Counted from the first letter of the stretch, positions 40,440-54,600 are shown. The stretch is DNA of 64,000 nt from Dicyema japonicum (GCA_011109175.1 RDEW01000062.1:124001-188000), one strand, 5' to 3'. Notes: generated by a model from the sequence alone, not told the origin. Made by a program: numbers and translations.

Positions 40440-41360
40440 ATTGGTCTCACCTTCTTGGGTGAATCATATTCACTTTATGAATAAGGTACGTGATCCCAGT
40501 ATAGAACCAACTACCAAACTTGAAAATGTCGAAATTGACGGAAATACAGCAAGAATATTTATTGGAAAAAATTGACAAGAAACTGTTGAACTCTATTTTA
40601 TTTTAGTTTTTTGAAAGACATAGAAGTGAATTTTGCTGAATCCTCTGGATGTCAGTGCATGTAAATCACTCCCCGTAATCGAAGGAAGGCTGTGTCTGCT
40701 TCAGAATCGAAACATGTTTTTTGATTACTGAGAAACTAAGTGCGGACATTGTAAATCAGCAAAGAAGACCGTCGATCACCTTGCAACTAGGTGTGGGAGA
40801 ATGTTGAATATCTCCTATCTCAGGCGGCATAACGAAGTGATCAGATGTTTACACCTACGTCTCTGCCGTCAATATGGAATAAGAAAAAACTAAGAAACTG
40901 AAGACCTACTCAGTCCAATCCGTGGTCGCAAATGAATTTATGGAGATTCATGTAAACACTACAATCTGCAACAAATAACAAGCCCGATTTTTTTCAATAT
41001 TATTACTCTATTGAAATTGGGATCACTTCGCAAAACTGCCTCAAGTTCCACAAGTGTGACGTACTGGGGAACGAACTTGAGATTATCCATCGCGCAAAGG
41101 TGAAAATAATCTGTGGTCATTACGTGAGATGGGATTATCTCAAGATTCTTCAAGGCCTACCTGGATCCTCAAGATAAAAAAAACGGTGAAAGCATATATG
41201 CAAACGATAACACTGCGGAAGACTCTGGAGAGCATGGAGTATCGATGCCTGGTGAGAGAAAGATGGTATGGAATATCAACCTAGGGTACCTCTGAATGTC
41301 GGGTTTACGTCGACGTGAAAACATCTATACGGGCAATAGAGTTGGCTCCAAAAAATAAAC
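40440..41360 (+). mobile_element. R4/Dong-like non-LTR element, C-terminal part (CCHC knuckle plus restriction-like endonuclease)
   Basis: LLQNRN, CGHCKSAKKTVDHLATRCGRML..RRHNEVIRCLHL..YGI, IEIGITSQ, DVLGNEL. Confidence 0.8.
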
Positions 41361-42199
41361 GGATGTTAATTACTTTTACTTGGGACTCATTGTTACGTTT
41401 ATTTAATTATTTTTCAAACATATCGACAACTTGAATAATAATCTCCACTTCGTGTACAGACAATCAACGTCATCTTTATAGATTAGTTCTACGGAATTTT
41501 TCTTTAAATAAAATATTTTTTTCTGAACTTGGCAGCTAATAAGGAGCAGCTATATTTACCCCGTGAGAAATCGAGCCGTGGACTGTGTGGAGTAGTCCAA
41601 CTAAGTAAGCGTATCCTTATAAGAATGCACGACACCCTGATAGCTGGGTAAAGTTGTCTGCTAGGAAACGTGTCATAAAAAATTAATTGAAAGAACATAG
41701 CTAAAACACGGTGACAACTCACCGTTGTACATGTATATGCAAGACCAAAATATTTTTTGGAGTTGACCAACAAATACATGTCCCCAATTTTAGTAAAGGA
41801 ACATGATGGTTGATCATTTAGCCACTCGGTGGGATCCATGTTCTACCACGACTACTTCATCTCTTACTATGCAATAAATATGGTTAAATAACTCTTGGAT
41901 AGCTAAGTTTATAGTATAAAGTAATTGATGATTTTTCTAGTAAAATAATGATTCTGCCATATAAAAGAATAGTTTATTGGCACTCCTCTTGGACCAGTCG
42001 TCGACACATCCACATATTGCAATAAACTCCTTTCAGGACATTTCTCAGTACGAGAGGGATATATGTGCTTTCTACATATTTATTTGTTGTAATTTTGTTT
42101 CGAGAATGTCAGTGATTCCGTCAGGGGTAGCCAAAGCTTTCTGTTGCCCCGGAAGAATGTATGATAATGATGCTCCTTATAACTAACAAAAAATTGGTA

Positions 42200-43044
42200 T
42201 TTAATTTTTTAAACAATAAACAAAAAGTTACTTACTTCCACATCCAATCGCTCCTTTGATGTGAACAAACCCAGCCAAGTTCAACTAATGAAGCAAGAAA
42301 ATCCTTCGCATTTTTTGGAAAACTTCTGTTTCTAATTCGAAAAAATGTAAGACAGTCAACGAGATAAGCTCACGTCAGTCTCAAAATGATTAGGCAAAAT
42401 TCTGACAGTGTTATTTCAATTTTCAAATGTTCCTTGTTTTCAACATCAATTGAATCCAGCTTTACTGAGAATAAAAACTTGTCAACGAGCCTACGAATGC
42501 GGCATGAGCGTTCTGAAAGTTTATTATTCAGTATGTCTGCGAATTCATTCATTATTCTTTTTATTTCATCAGCTACTGATAAGCCTTCGTCTTTCGCACT
42601 CTCTCCATGCATCATTTTCTTTCACCTGGCTCTTGCCAAGAGTACATTCCACTTCTGAAAATATTCTGACGTCGACCCGACTGCACTCTTAATGATGTCT
42701 TCAGATTTAATATCAATTATTCTATTGAGCCCAGCAAGGTCTTCGCTTGTCTGAACTAAATCAATCTTGGGATCTTGTAAACGTTTTGTCACTCTGTACT
42801 GATGACAGAATAAGACACCAAACTTCAGAGAAACAAATGTTGCTGCAATGAACGGAGAGTAAATAGACATTAGATTTTGTTTCACTTGTAAATTTGCCAT
42901 ATTCAAAATGCTCGATATACAATTTCATAATTTTTTTGAATGACTTCAATTGCGTTGTAATGTGAACTCTACGGCTTAGATCTGCTGCCCCTACAACGTG
43001 CTTCTTGAGACGGCTATCTCTATGGCCCCCTAAGCACACCACTG
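42200..43044 (-). mobile_element. Decayed hAT transposase (ZMYM1-like type) with 5' terminus
   Basis: Terminus CAGTGGTGTGCTTAGGGGGCC at 43044; SVHC, RLQDPKIDL, KKMMHGESAKD, RSF-K..LNLA..LDVEV motifs; in-frame TGAs at 42622 and 42370. Confidence 0.6.
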
Positions 43045-43139
43045 GATTCCGTCCTCTGTAACGAAGTATCCAAATACTTCTAGTTGATGTGCTGTATTAT
43101 CTTTGACCTTGAGAATGATCTCTCTGAACATGGAAAGGA

Positions 43140-43560
43140 ATATTCATTTTGTTTTTAGTGAATGTCCGAACAGAGTGAACTGATGCTTCACAACCACCGG
43201 GAGTGCCGACCCTATTTGGGTGGTTGCAGCTGTTTGACAAGCGCAGGGAAAACTGCTATGCATGCGAGTTTTGAGGTTAACCGACGGAAAACCAAGCCAA
43301 AGGAAATGGGGCGTATTTATTCTTTCTTATCGAATGGGAGTAACTTGGAAGATAACATGGTATAGAGAATTGTTTCAGGTGATTAGTTTTTTGATACTTG
43401 ACACAATTGTTTTTGCAAAACTATGCCACCATGGATCAAGGACTCCAACAGCCTCAACAGCGAAAAGAGAATCCATCTGTCATTCTAGTATTTATTCTTT
43501 TAGTATCTTTAATCACATAAGCTTCTCACACGTGCTCTGACCAAATGTAGATTCGCGTTC
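43140..43560 (+). mobile_element. piggyBac transposase remnant
   Basis: KPSQRKWGVFIL and FLILDTIVF..LCHHG correspond to the piggyBac KPxKyG and DNxF motifs. Confidence 0.55.
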
Positions 43561-43883
43561 ATAAAAATGCATGTGCATGTGTAATTCCACGAGGAAGTTT
43601 TCTCTTTATTTTATGGCAATTCATAAAATTAAAAAATTATTAGGTCAATAAGTCCTATTAGCAATTACTGCAGTTATTTTAGCTAAGATTTAAAATATCA
43701 TTTATTTTAATTGAATTAAATAAATTAATTGTTCACCATTGCGAAAGTCAAGTTAAAATCTTTTAGATATAAGGTTTTGGTAGCACTGAGTTTAAATTAA
43801 TATTTAATTTATATTTAATTTAATTAATTTATTAAAATTCAAATTAGTAATTAAATTTATAGATTACAAATAACTTTCTTGTA

Positions 43884-44782
<899 letters not shown>

Positions 44783-45859
44783 ATTTAACTATTTATTACT
44801 AATTTAATTCTATTTCTTAAGAATTTGATATATTTTTTCCACTTTAATTATTGTTTTTAAAACTAAGGAAAGGCTAGCACAGCGCCAATTGAAAAGGCGA
44901 GATATGTGGAAGATCGATTAATGGCAGCGCTGGAGTGAATGGCAGTTATCAAAGTGATCAAAAAAATCTTGGAAGCACCACTGGGTGTTTCACGAGGATC
45001 TCCCTTGTTTATTTGACAAACACTTGTCCACTCTCGTTCATCCTTACGCATTAGCCACGTGATGCTATGAGAATATCTGATTGAAGATTTTTGTTTTTCT
45101 TCTGTTCCTCTTCTTCCCCTTTCTACTAGATTGTCGTCATGTGATCCACCTGTCTCAGGTGACGCCCACTGCCAGGGTGGTATGTAAAAGGATCATTTTC
45201 CCTCCCCACTTCACTACAGGAGTTCCCACAACTGCAAGGAATGGACGTATTCCACCTTTGGTTCTAGGTGGACTTTTATGACAGTGGACGGCTCTGTAAT
45301 TATTAGTACACCTAGAAACTACGAATTTCAAGTCATTCGAGTCTACCACATCGTCCAGTCTGATAAGTCATTTACCCGTCATAAACGTCGTATATATTCA
45401 GCGCAATAGAGGTACGTCGCTACCTTACCTTCTGCTAAACGAGTTTAATATCTGGTCACAAATCAACCACCTCAAAGCAGGCGATCACTGCTAATATTCC
45501 CCGATTTTCGGCCGAGATTTTGACCAGTACATCTGATTACACTCTGGTCTCTTTAGACACTCTTTTTGATGAGTTGATGTGCCAATTCTCATATTGAATC
45601 TCTAATTAAACACTTGCCTTGCTGGAAAACGTTCGAGAAGCTGCCTCTGATTGTGAAATTCTCCGCAAAACACTTTCCTAGTCTCCACACGAATTCATAA
45701 AATGAGAAATTTATTAGATCGTCATATGCAGCGATATATATGTGCACCATCAATTGTGATCATTTTTGTTCCTGACATTCTGTGACTCTAATTTAATCTA
45801 TTAAAACAAAAACAAGTAATTATGAGAAATAAAGCATTCAGCTCATTAGAACAGCATCA

Positions 45860-46150
45860 CCAATTCAACCTCCCAAAATGAGGACGTTCAAAAGAAGGCT
45901 TTCAGAATGACGGAGCGGTGGTCTTGTGGGAGACACAGAACCGGACCGACTACTCAGGGGCCCTGATTAAACAAAACTCCGGCATGCGGGAAGGTGGCCC
46001 TGCAAATACAGTCAGCCGCCCTGTACGAGCTTGTGTGGGTACTAGGGAGGAGCACCGGGAAAGAATGAGGATTTTGGCGGAGCGCATCGGGATCACGTGA
46101 TAGTTAGTTTTGGTTTTACCGTAATCTTGGGTGTTAAATAAATAAATTAA
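45860..46150 (+). mobile_element. 'GIT*'-family LINE 3' end
   Basis: RPVRACVGTREEHRERMRILAERIGIT* then tagttagttttggttttaccg..gttaaataaataaa. Confidence 0.7.
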
Positions 46151-46589
46151 CCTCCCTGACTAATCGATAAGCTGATTAGTCTTAATTAGTATATTGCTCG
46201 AGAAACCGAATGGTTGTTCCAAAGGATTTCTCTGGCAGTTGTCAGGGGAAACAGTCATTCCATCTAATCAGCTGAATTATTTTGACTGTCTTGAACGTAA
46301 TAAATTGTTTTTTATTGAAAAATTAATTAAAGGAAAACGGCCCCCAATTAACCAAATGATGCTAAACCGTAGGAAAAAATCGATAACGGAATGGCGACCA
46401 TCCTTACTGCTCTTCTCATTGAGTATTGAATTAGCTCATATTTTTGGTAGTTTTCAAGGTATCTAAGAAGGATTTTGTAAAAATAGCTATTGGAAGGTCG
46501 GTTGTCATGTGAGATTTTTGTTGTCGATCATATATGATCATTTTATGAGACATTGATTCATCCACACATAATAAAAACTGACCTTGTAC

Positions 46590-46720
46590 GCAGAGCCATA
46601 TCAGGCAGGACAGGCACTTTATTTAAAGAACAGTTATTATAACTAATCGTAGAGGGAGAACCAAGGAATGCTCTTCACTTATTTTGATGTATTTCCTTTA
46701 TAGAAGATCGGCTCCGCAGT
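46590..46720 (-). mobile_element. SINE tail copy
   Basis: Reverse complement gtgaagagcattccttggttctccctctacgattag..aactgttc..tcctgcctgatatggct matches the 12530-12610 and 63510-63605 tails. Confidence 0.7.
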
Positions 46721-46814
46721 GAAATGTTCCTACTTAATAAGCTATAAAAATATTCTTTAAAGACAAGCACATATAATAATTGTTAAAAGAAATCGAAAAA
46801 CTAATCATTGTTTT

Positions 46815-47432
46815 TTATTGGGCGAATCTCTGCGAATGAAATTTTTCCCATAATTTGGAATAGTCGTAGTGATGTACTACACTATGAAACCAGTCATACG
46901 TGATTGTTGTCCATCGCCAATCGTTTGCAGAATTTTGGTCGTATTTATTATAAGATGGCTGCAAATACTTCATATCTGATCCACTTGATGAATTTTGTCC
47001 AATCAAATTGTGAATTGCGTACGGATTAGTCGCAGTCTTTTCAGGAGTTATCATAACAGGCATCACCACAGAGTTTGACGGACCATGGATCACTAAAATT
47101 GACGGAAATGTTTAAAAACCATAATTATTGTTAAAATTCGTCTGTGCTTGCGCCTGTAATTGTAGGTATTGATTGAAATAATGATTCTTCTCACGTGTAT
47201 GAGAAACGACAGCTTTTGACTGATTTACCTTATCCATCCAAGTCTATCGATTACATTTCTAGTAAAATACCTGATGAAGATCTGAAAGAATCTGCTCATC
47301 AAGTCCTTCCTGTATAAAAAGTTCTTTGGATGCACCAACTACATTGGTAATAACTGTTAACTGTTTGGTAGAATTGAAGCTAAATAACATGGAGTTATGA
47401 AAGACACATACCACTGGATTAACACCCGACAT
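46815..47432 (-). CDS. GTF2A1: TFIIA large subunit (GTF2A1/TOA1), alpha-domain portion only
   Basis: YQTVITNVVGASKELFIQEGLDEQILSDLHQ-TWMDKVNQSKAV matches the TFIIA alpha N-terminus (YRSVIEDVINDVRDIFLDDGVDEQVLMELKTLWENKLMQSRAV); Q/N-rich linker follows; frame stops at 46815. Confidence 0.8.
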
Positions 47433-47639
47433 ACGCTACGCTGCTTTTATAACAACAAACGTAATTACGAAAAATTTATTATTTGGTTAACCAGTGTATA
47501 AAATAAAAAATTAATTTAAATTTAATGTTGTATTTAATCTTTTATAATCATATGATATTCAGTCATTCAAAATATAGTTAAAATTTCAAAAATATTAATT
47601 GTTGAAATTTACCACTATTAATCAATTTATTATTCATCT

Positions 47640-48165
47640 CTTAGTTTGTCATTGGTGCTACGTGGATAGTTGCATTTTCCTTTTTTTCGATGGTGTCACT
47701 GGATCCACCTTACTGAGGAGGTCCCCAATGCCTGGCCGGCATCAAGAGGATCCAATAATTCTTCTCCCGAGGACAACGTCGTTACCTAGTGACAAGTTCT
47801 GGAATGCTGGAACGAGTCAGGATCGAGCAGTTAGTTAGTTTAGTTACCCTTGGTCTTTTGAAATAATTTTAATTTTTTAATTTAATCTCTTGGACGAAAG
47901 TCTTGAAGATCGAAGCTAGCAGGAAAAGAGCCTCCAAAATCACAGAACGCTGGATTTCTGGAGAGTTCCAGCCACCATTGCCACTTGAAGCCTTGATACG
48001 AATGAACCATGGAACGCGTCGTCGTGGCTGCAAAGACCCAGTCACTCGACCGATACGTGCTTGTGTGGGAACGAGGGATGAGGGAGCGACAATATGAGGT
48101 CCCTGCTAGAACGTGCTGAGATCACGTGATTAGTTAGTTTGTGTAACCGTGGTCTCTGGTGTTAT
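47640..48165 (+). mobile_element. Two adjacent 'GIT*'-family LINE 3' ends
   Basis: gagtcaggatcg..gttagttagttt at about 47810-47840; RPIRACVGT...gagatcacgtgattagttagttt at about 48040-48140. Confidence 0.7.
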
Positions 48166-48834
48166 TATTATTATGTTCGATTTCTACTCATCCTTCAGAG
48201 GAGTCGACCAGAAACAATGGCCGAGGTTTCCTGCGGTTCTCTAAGAAACTAAGAAACCTTCTTCATAAAAAGAATCTTAATTAGTTTTGAAGACAGACAC
48301 CACGATAGAGTTCTGCATGAATTTGAGACTATACTTCAAAGTGACTTTGATGTGGCAGACTATTCAAGGAGAGTGTGAGAATTAATAGAAATTGAAATAA
48401 CTTAAATTTTTAGCTTTCATACTTTCTCTGTTATCTTGTGGTTTCTTAAATTAATAAAAATTAAATAAAATTCATAAGCTATTAATAAACGAAGTAGTAG
48501 CGTTATTCATCACTGACCCTGTTAAACAGAATCGGATCGCTCATTGCTTAGAGGAAAAATGATAGAAGAGAAAAGAGCTGACTAGTTGAGCGCATTTTAA
48601 TACAAATCTTCGAGGGAAATGCGTTCAAAATTATGAGAGCGGTCATTAATTGCTAACTGGTTAATTTTCGTCTTTAATTGGCTTAATAAATTAAAAAAAG
48701 AGAAAAAAAGGTCAAGATATTGCATAGTGATTTAGCTATAGTTCACTTAACATATTATTTTCTAAGGTTAGATATATATATTTTTTTAGGATAAATATAG
48801 ACAATATTAATTAAACTTTGAAATGAAATTATTG

Positions 48835-48990
48835 CTAAGACCATGGGTAAAATTAATTAGCTAATCACGTGATACTGACGCGTTTCAGTAGAGCCTTCAT
48901 CAAGACACAGTGATATTAAGCTGAGGTCGAAGTTGTCAGGGAGCAAAATAGTCTCCGATAGAATAAAGATATGGATAATTTTGGACGTCT
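48835..48990 (-). mobile_element. 'GIT*'-family 3' end
   Basis: Minus strand gaaacgcgtcagtatcacgtgattag; shares gctgaggtc with 22770. Confidence 0.55.
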
Positions 48991-49284
48991 CCTGAAGTAT
49001 GTGAAGCTGACGACATCAATACAGTTAACAATTATATAAAATATTTTTTAAATTAAATGTGTTCTCAAAGCTAAAAAAGCTTCTTCCCTCACGATTTGTA
49101 AGTAAATGCGTTCAACGAGCCATCTTCTCTCTCGATTATTCCTTTTCTTTTTTACGATAATCGATCCGATGCGATTCATCTGAGTTAGTGACATACTTTC
49201 AATGATCCCTGACGCTTTGATGATGACCGGTTAAACTGTCTAAAAAATTGTCATTTTTTATTTCTAACAATTATAGAATCATCC

Positions 49285-49529
49285 TAAAGGATGATTACTG
49301 GGACATCACTTGTGTTAAGGGCTTCTCATCCAACCTCACACTTACAGTTCCTCAGGAGAATCAGCTTAAGCAAGAACTGGAACTCTTAATAAAAATTATA
49401 GGACACTTGGAAGATAGTTCATCTTCAAATCCGTTTCACACTAAACATCGAGGTTTCGAGGATTCGAATCGCTATCCTTTTTACGTGCCAAATAGTGGAG
49501 GGACCGCGGAGAAGAGGGTTGGCTTATAA
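49285..49529 (+). other. Possible terminal exon of an unidentified gene
   Basis: AG acceptor then open frame RIILKDDYWDITC...EKRVGL*; no upstream exon resolved. Confidence 0.2.
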
Positions 49530-50149
49530 AGCGCATTCCCATACAAATTGTAAGATGAAAGGCGCTCTCAATATTACGATTAACAATTAGATTATCTGAT
49601 TATTTCTGCCTAAGGTTTTTCAATTACCATAACTGAGAATCGAACTCTAAGAATTTTTATATTCAATATTTTTTAGAACAAGAACATTGGAAAATACTAA
49701 AACGACGATATTTCGGTTAAACACTTTTAAGAGAACTTGCCATCTGTTCTATCACTTTCGACCTTCTTAACACTTTTTCTGTGAGTCATGTTTGTGCTTC
49801 ATAATAAAGTCAGCCTAAATTGAACAACCATCTAGTTCAAAATTTCTCAAACCTTTTTTTCCTGGAGATTCTCAAATTTAGAGGAAATTTTCTGAGAACT
49901 CCTAAGTTTTTATTGTCTTAAATTTTAACTCCTATTCGTTGATTCCGGGAATTTGTTTTTAAATAAAACGAAAATCTTTTGTGAGCAAAAAATCATGATT
50001 TAAGATTATCAATCAAAAGTACGAAATGGATTTACAATCTAATCTTAAAAAACACTGATTTAGTTTTTCTTGGATCATTCTAGCGTTGATGTTTCAAGAA
50101 TACAATTACAAACGGGGCGAAAAATATATCTGCCTTGAGGACATTTATT

Positions 50150-50420
50150 TATTTTTATTTATTTTAATAACCCCGGGAACACCGAGAAAAAAAGACAAAA
50201 GAGTCAAACAGTTAGGTGATCCCAGTCCTCGCAATCAATTGTGCCATTCGACGTCTGTGATCTTCCATTGTCCCCACTACTTTCCGGAAAAGTCTTCTCT
50301 CGGTTTTGCAGAGGAATCCGATCGGGGAGGGGAATTTCTTAGGACATTAAGTCTACTATCTCTATGTCAGTGTGCAACAACAACGTCACCAGCTCAACCA
50401 TCCAACAAATTAACTATGTT
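50150..50420 (-). mobile_element. 'GIT*'-family LINE 3' end
   Basis: FRKVVGTMEDHRRRMAQLIARTGIT* plus a tail matching 11760-11810. Confidence 0.7.
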
Positions 50421-50956
50421 CACTTGTTAAAATAAGATCGCTTAAATATTGCTGAGGTGGTGACGTCCCTCAATTTCACATGTCTAAGACACACTCTGGA
50501 AAATCGTACTTATCGAAAACCAAGACCTATACACAGTTGGTAAATCGAAGCACCTGGACCCAATGAAGATTATTTGGGCGCATATTACGGATGAATCATG
50601 CCGTTCCTGCTTATGATATTATGGAATCATACTTCCTCTACTCAGGGGGCTCTAAAAGACCGATTATCCTAGTATGGCACACGCGAAGGGTAGGATATGG
50701 CGTTTGTGGCATTTTTCGTTGTCCTTCTCTTAAATGAAATAACCACAAATGTGTCTACCAACAAAGATATAATGTTCTTTGATATTCAACTATGGAAGTA
50801 ATTTATATGAGGAAGTAACAGATTCAATGGTAGAAATTTTTTCGGTTTTGTTAATAAACAAAGTTAAAATATATTTATATAATTAACATATTATTTTTAT
50901 AAATAAAATTTTAAAATATTATTTGAAATCTGTGTGTGTCTGTGTGGACTAATCTT

Positions 50957-51744
50957 ATGAAAACGGACTTTGAAGATATCCCTGATTACATGTCAGACGA
51001 AATTCTATCAAATTGGTAAAGAAATAGCTATATTTTAGTCAGATATTAAACCTGGACTTCTCACAAGAAATGGTAGAAAGAAATTGGACGATGTGAAGAA
51101 AACCATAAAATCAAATTTATCAAATAAACAGCTTCATCAATCAGTTGCTTCACTGGAAGACCAAAATCGTAAAGAAGGAATGAATCAGTCTCTTAATCCT
51201 TCAAACAAGGGATTCAAACTGTTGTGTAAAATGGGCTACAAGCCAGGAGAATCTGTAGGGAAAGGAAACGGAATTACCGAGCCTTTAAAATTCGAGCTAA
51301 AGGACGACCGAACAGGAGCAGGCCATAAACGTACAAAAGAACGGGAATTGCTTAATAAGATAGTCAAAAAAGGACAAATGGAAAAATCCTTCGTTTGCGA
51401 TTTTTCGGAAAAACGGCGAAAAACTAATTTAAACATGTTTCTGTGCAAAAATTTGCTGGACGCAAGAAAGGCCTGTGAAAATCTCGATTTAAATTCTGGG
51501 ATTGAATTTCCTCGAGAATCTTATTTTTGGCCTACCTATTCAGACGCAGATCAGATTGATGGATGCGACTCAGACGTTATGCGCACGATGTTGGATAATA
51601 TTGTGAGTTATCTACGTTCTGAATATTTTTATTGCTTCGTTTGTGGGATTAAATTTAATGGTAGTTGTTTTATTAATGTTCTTAGACTTTGAAGATATGG
51701 AAAACAACTGTCCAGGAGATTTACAAAATCATTCAGATGTATGA
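50957..51744 (+). CDS. GPATCH11: G-patch domain protein 11 (CCDC75)
   Basis: DYMSD, DIKPGL, NKGFKLLCKMGYKPGESVGK..GITEP, YLRSEYFYCFVCG, NCPG; first intron is 1 nt out of frame as assembled. Confidence 0.9.
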
Positions 51745-51829
51745 TTATACTTTTGATAGTTTTTATTTTTATATATTTTTTTATTTAAAAGTTAGCCATT
51801 TTATTAACAACAAATAAATTAATTTAGAC

Positions 51830-51990
51830 AATAATTAGGACGACAGAATGGCGAAGGCGTTACCTCTGATAATCGCCATTTCGAGCCTCTGCCTCAACCA
51901 GAGTTTTTTCCGTGGCTCGCACCTTTTAAAGTTATTTTGAAATGTCCGAATCGAGGCCTTTAGTAGTTCAATCCAATATTGGTAGCACTT
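51830..51990 (-). mobile_element. CRE-like 3' end fragment
   Basis: EPRKKLWLRQRLEMAIIRGNAFAILSS*. Confidence 0.7.
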
Positions 51991-52009
51991 AATTTATTTA
52001 CCTTAGGCT

Positions 52010-52250
52010 TACTTTCTTTGGTAAGCCCAGCAGAAGAAATCATAACTAATTAATCCAAGGAAAGAACCCAAGGAGAACGCCTGCTTGTGCCACCAAATCC
52101 ATCCATTACAGACTTCCGCTTCCGAAATGAGGTGGAGAAGTAGGTTCACCATCTTCTTTCACTTCATTCTTTAGCGGGAGATTTTTTATAATAGACAATC
52201 TTCAGTGGATTTGGCTAGGGAGAAGTTAGAAAGATCCCTAAAATATATAC
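52010..52250 (-). repeat. Dispersed repeat family B, copy 3
   Basis: actaattaatccaagga..gcttgtg..ccattaca..aagtaggttcacc shared with 33500. Confidence 0.75.
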
Positions 52251-52741
52251 TGGCATCATTGAATATCTTAAGGCTTATAATGTCCACAATGAGTGTTGAA
52301 TCAATTGTTCGTGATTGGGAATGGACAAAACAGCCAGTATATAATTAAATCTTCGATGCACCACGTCAGAATGGAGTTGAACTAAAGGCCGTACTATTAC
52401 TGTCAGCGAAATAAATAGAATCACATAATTATCATTTTATACGACAGCTTCTGCGAGCTAGTCCTCAAGTTCTTTCAATATTGGATTTGAACGCTGAACA
52501 TTTCTTTCCTTCGTTCAGAATGTCAAATTTCCAATATCTCCGATGTCCGCTATCTCCCCATGCTCACGAGAAGGAAGACAAGAACCTTTGTTCACCATGA
52601 AGCTAAGTAGACTATCTCAACGACTTAAAGGCTGTGTGATTTAAAAATTTCCTGCAAAATTTAATTCCCTAAAGAAATATCAATGTTAATTTTTATAAGA
52701 AGTTTTGTTAAAGACAAAGATTAATTTTTCTAATTTCTCAT

Positions 52742-54600
52742 TTAGGACTTTAGTTGATCGTAGTAACAATGCAAGAAATCTGAAATATTAGTGTATTCTG
52801 AAGTTCCTGCCGCGGTCTTGTAGAGACGTTCGAATTGTTCTTGGTCTAATTTTACTTTAGAATTAACAAGTAATTCATTCAACTGAAAATAAATATAAAA
52901 TTACCTCATCCCTCGTTAATGGTTTCAAAATATCTTCAATTTTCAACCCCCAATTTGTGAATATGCTTGGATTTAAAACAGCGTGTGCATTCAATTCATC
53001 CCATATGAAGTAAAATCACTCGTCTTCTTAATCACAGGAGGAGTCAAATCTCTTCTAACTGTGGGTAATCCATAAACGCGATCAGTTTTATCTACCAATT
53101 ATTTGAAGACAATTTAAAAATAAAAAATATTTTAGTTATAATTTCAAAATTAGTTAGAATAGTAATAAAAAACCTTTACAAAGTCCGTTATAACGAGAGG
53201 CTTTTGAATATTGCGAATATGAGGTCTGAGAAGAATTAAAATTCTGAGAACTAACTTTGAACTCGGAATTTGAAAATTCTCAAGTAAATCAAAAATCTTA
53301 ACCAATATTATGAAATCCTCTATTATAGTTCATCACGTTAATGATTTTGGCGATATTTAAACATTTAGGTTCATTTTCGCTGCAAAAATCGATTATAAAA
53401 TTAATATAATTTTGGTCGAGATTTATTTTCATCACATCAACCACATTTAAAAAATCACAAATTTTAATAAAATCGTTGTTCGACTAAAATTAGTAAAAAT
53501 TAACTTGATTATTTGAATTTCTCAATAATTTTTCAAATTCTGCAAAATTTTTCAATCCGTTATTTTTAACTTCCACCGCAAGTCGGCTATTAAACTTTGG
53601 CATTCAGGACTCAAATTATCAATGTCGTCAAATTTGTTTTCGTGGAGAATTTCAGAGACCCCAATTTTGTCGCTTGTGGACGAAATACCGAAAGTGTAAT
53701 CATCTGTCAAATTCTTAGTGCTCTGAATTCTGTCAAAATTATTTTTTAATTTTTACGGATCATGGGTTTTTGAGAGTTTGTATTTGTTTAAATCTCTCCA
53801 ATTACTCAGAGATTTGTCACATACAGTAGCCCCCTGTTTTAGTTCTTTCACAGAAATAGGGATCTCCATTCCTCTTTTTCCGTTAGTTCCGTCAAATGTT
53901 TTATTTTGTGATAAAACCCCGAAGCACTGATTTCCATCAAAAGGAGGTTTATAATCACGTGTGAGCTGCTCAGAAGGAAAATAACTTTTGTGGGACAATA
54001 AACATTGTTTGTGAATTTTTTCAGCTTCGTGTGGGTCAATTTTTTCAGAAACGTCGTAATTTATAATATTTTTGTTTTTTTCTTAGAAATGTCATTTATA
54101 ATAAAGTACCTACTTTGTTTGCCATTCCACACGTGTAGTTAAATTGATCAAAGTTATTTGGAGTATTCGCGAATTTTGTACTCTTTGAACCCAAAGGGCA
54201 TTTGTTCCTTTCATAATTTTGTTCACTTATTGTATTCAAAAGGTTGTTGAACCTAAAAATATGGAAAAATAGGACCAAGTAGTTGGTTTCGGATTTAAAA
54301 CGTCAGATACTTGAGCTGAGTTACATTTCATTTTTCCATGACTTAATTTTTCAAGTTTTGCCACTTCTTCAGCTTCGAAAGTACCATTAAACTTTTTTCG
54401 CCCAAGAGGAGGATTGTAGTAATCCTTGCGTACAATGACATTTGATGGCAATTTTTGATTATTTTGCGTTATATTATATGAGAGGCAGTCTATTACGTGA
54501 TCAGATTCTTTTAAACTGCTAATCCCGGCCTATTTTATTAATTTTAATTACTGGCTTTGATTCGCCTATAAATTCATAATAAAAGTTTGTTCTGTTTCTA
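52742..54600 (-). CDS. EFHB: EF-hand domain family member B (CFAP21)-like ciliary protein; 5' end approximate
   Basis: VYGLPTVRRDLTPPVIKKTSD..YGDELNAHAVLNPSIF..EDILKPLTRDE..VKLDQEQFERLY matches my recollection of the EFHB C-terminus; N-terminal PAG..DCL and PLGR; one G missing near 53000. Confidence 0.75.

Noticed and set aside
42370-42624. Two in-frame TGAs in a long minus frame (selenoprotein or read-through?)
   Set aside because: The region carries hAT transposase motifs and an hAT terminus at 43044; the stops are decay, and there is no CxxU context
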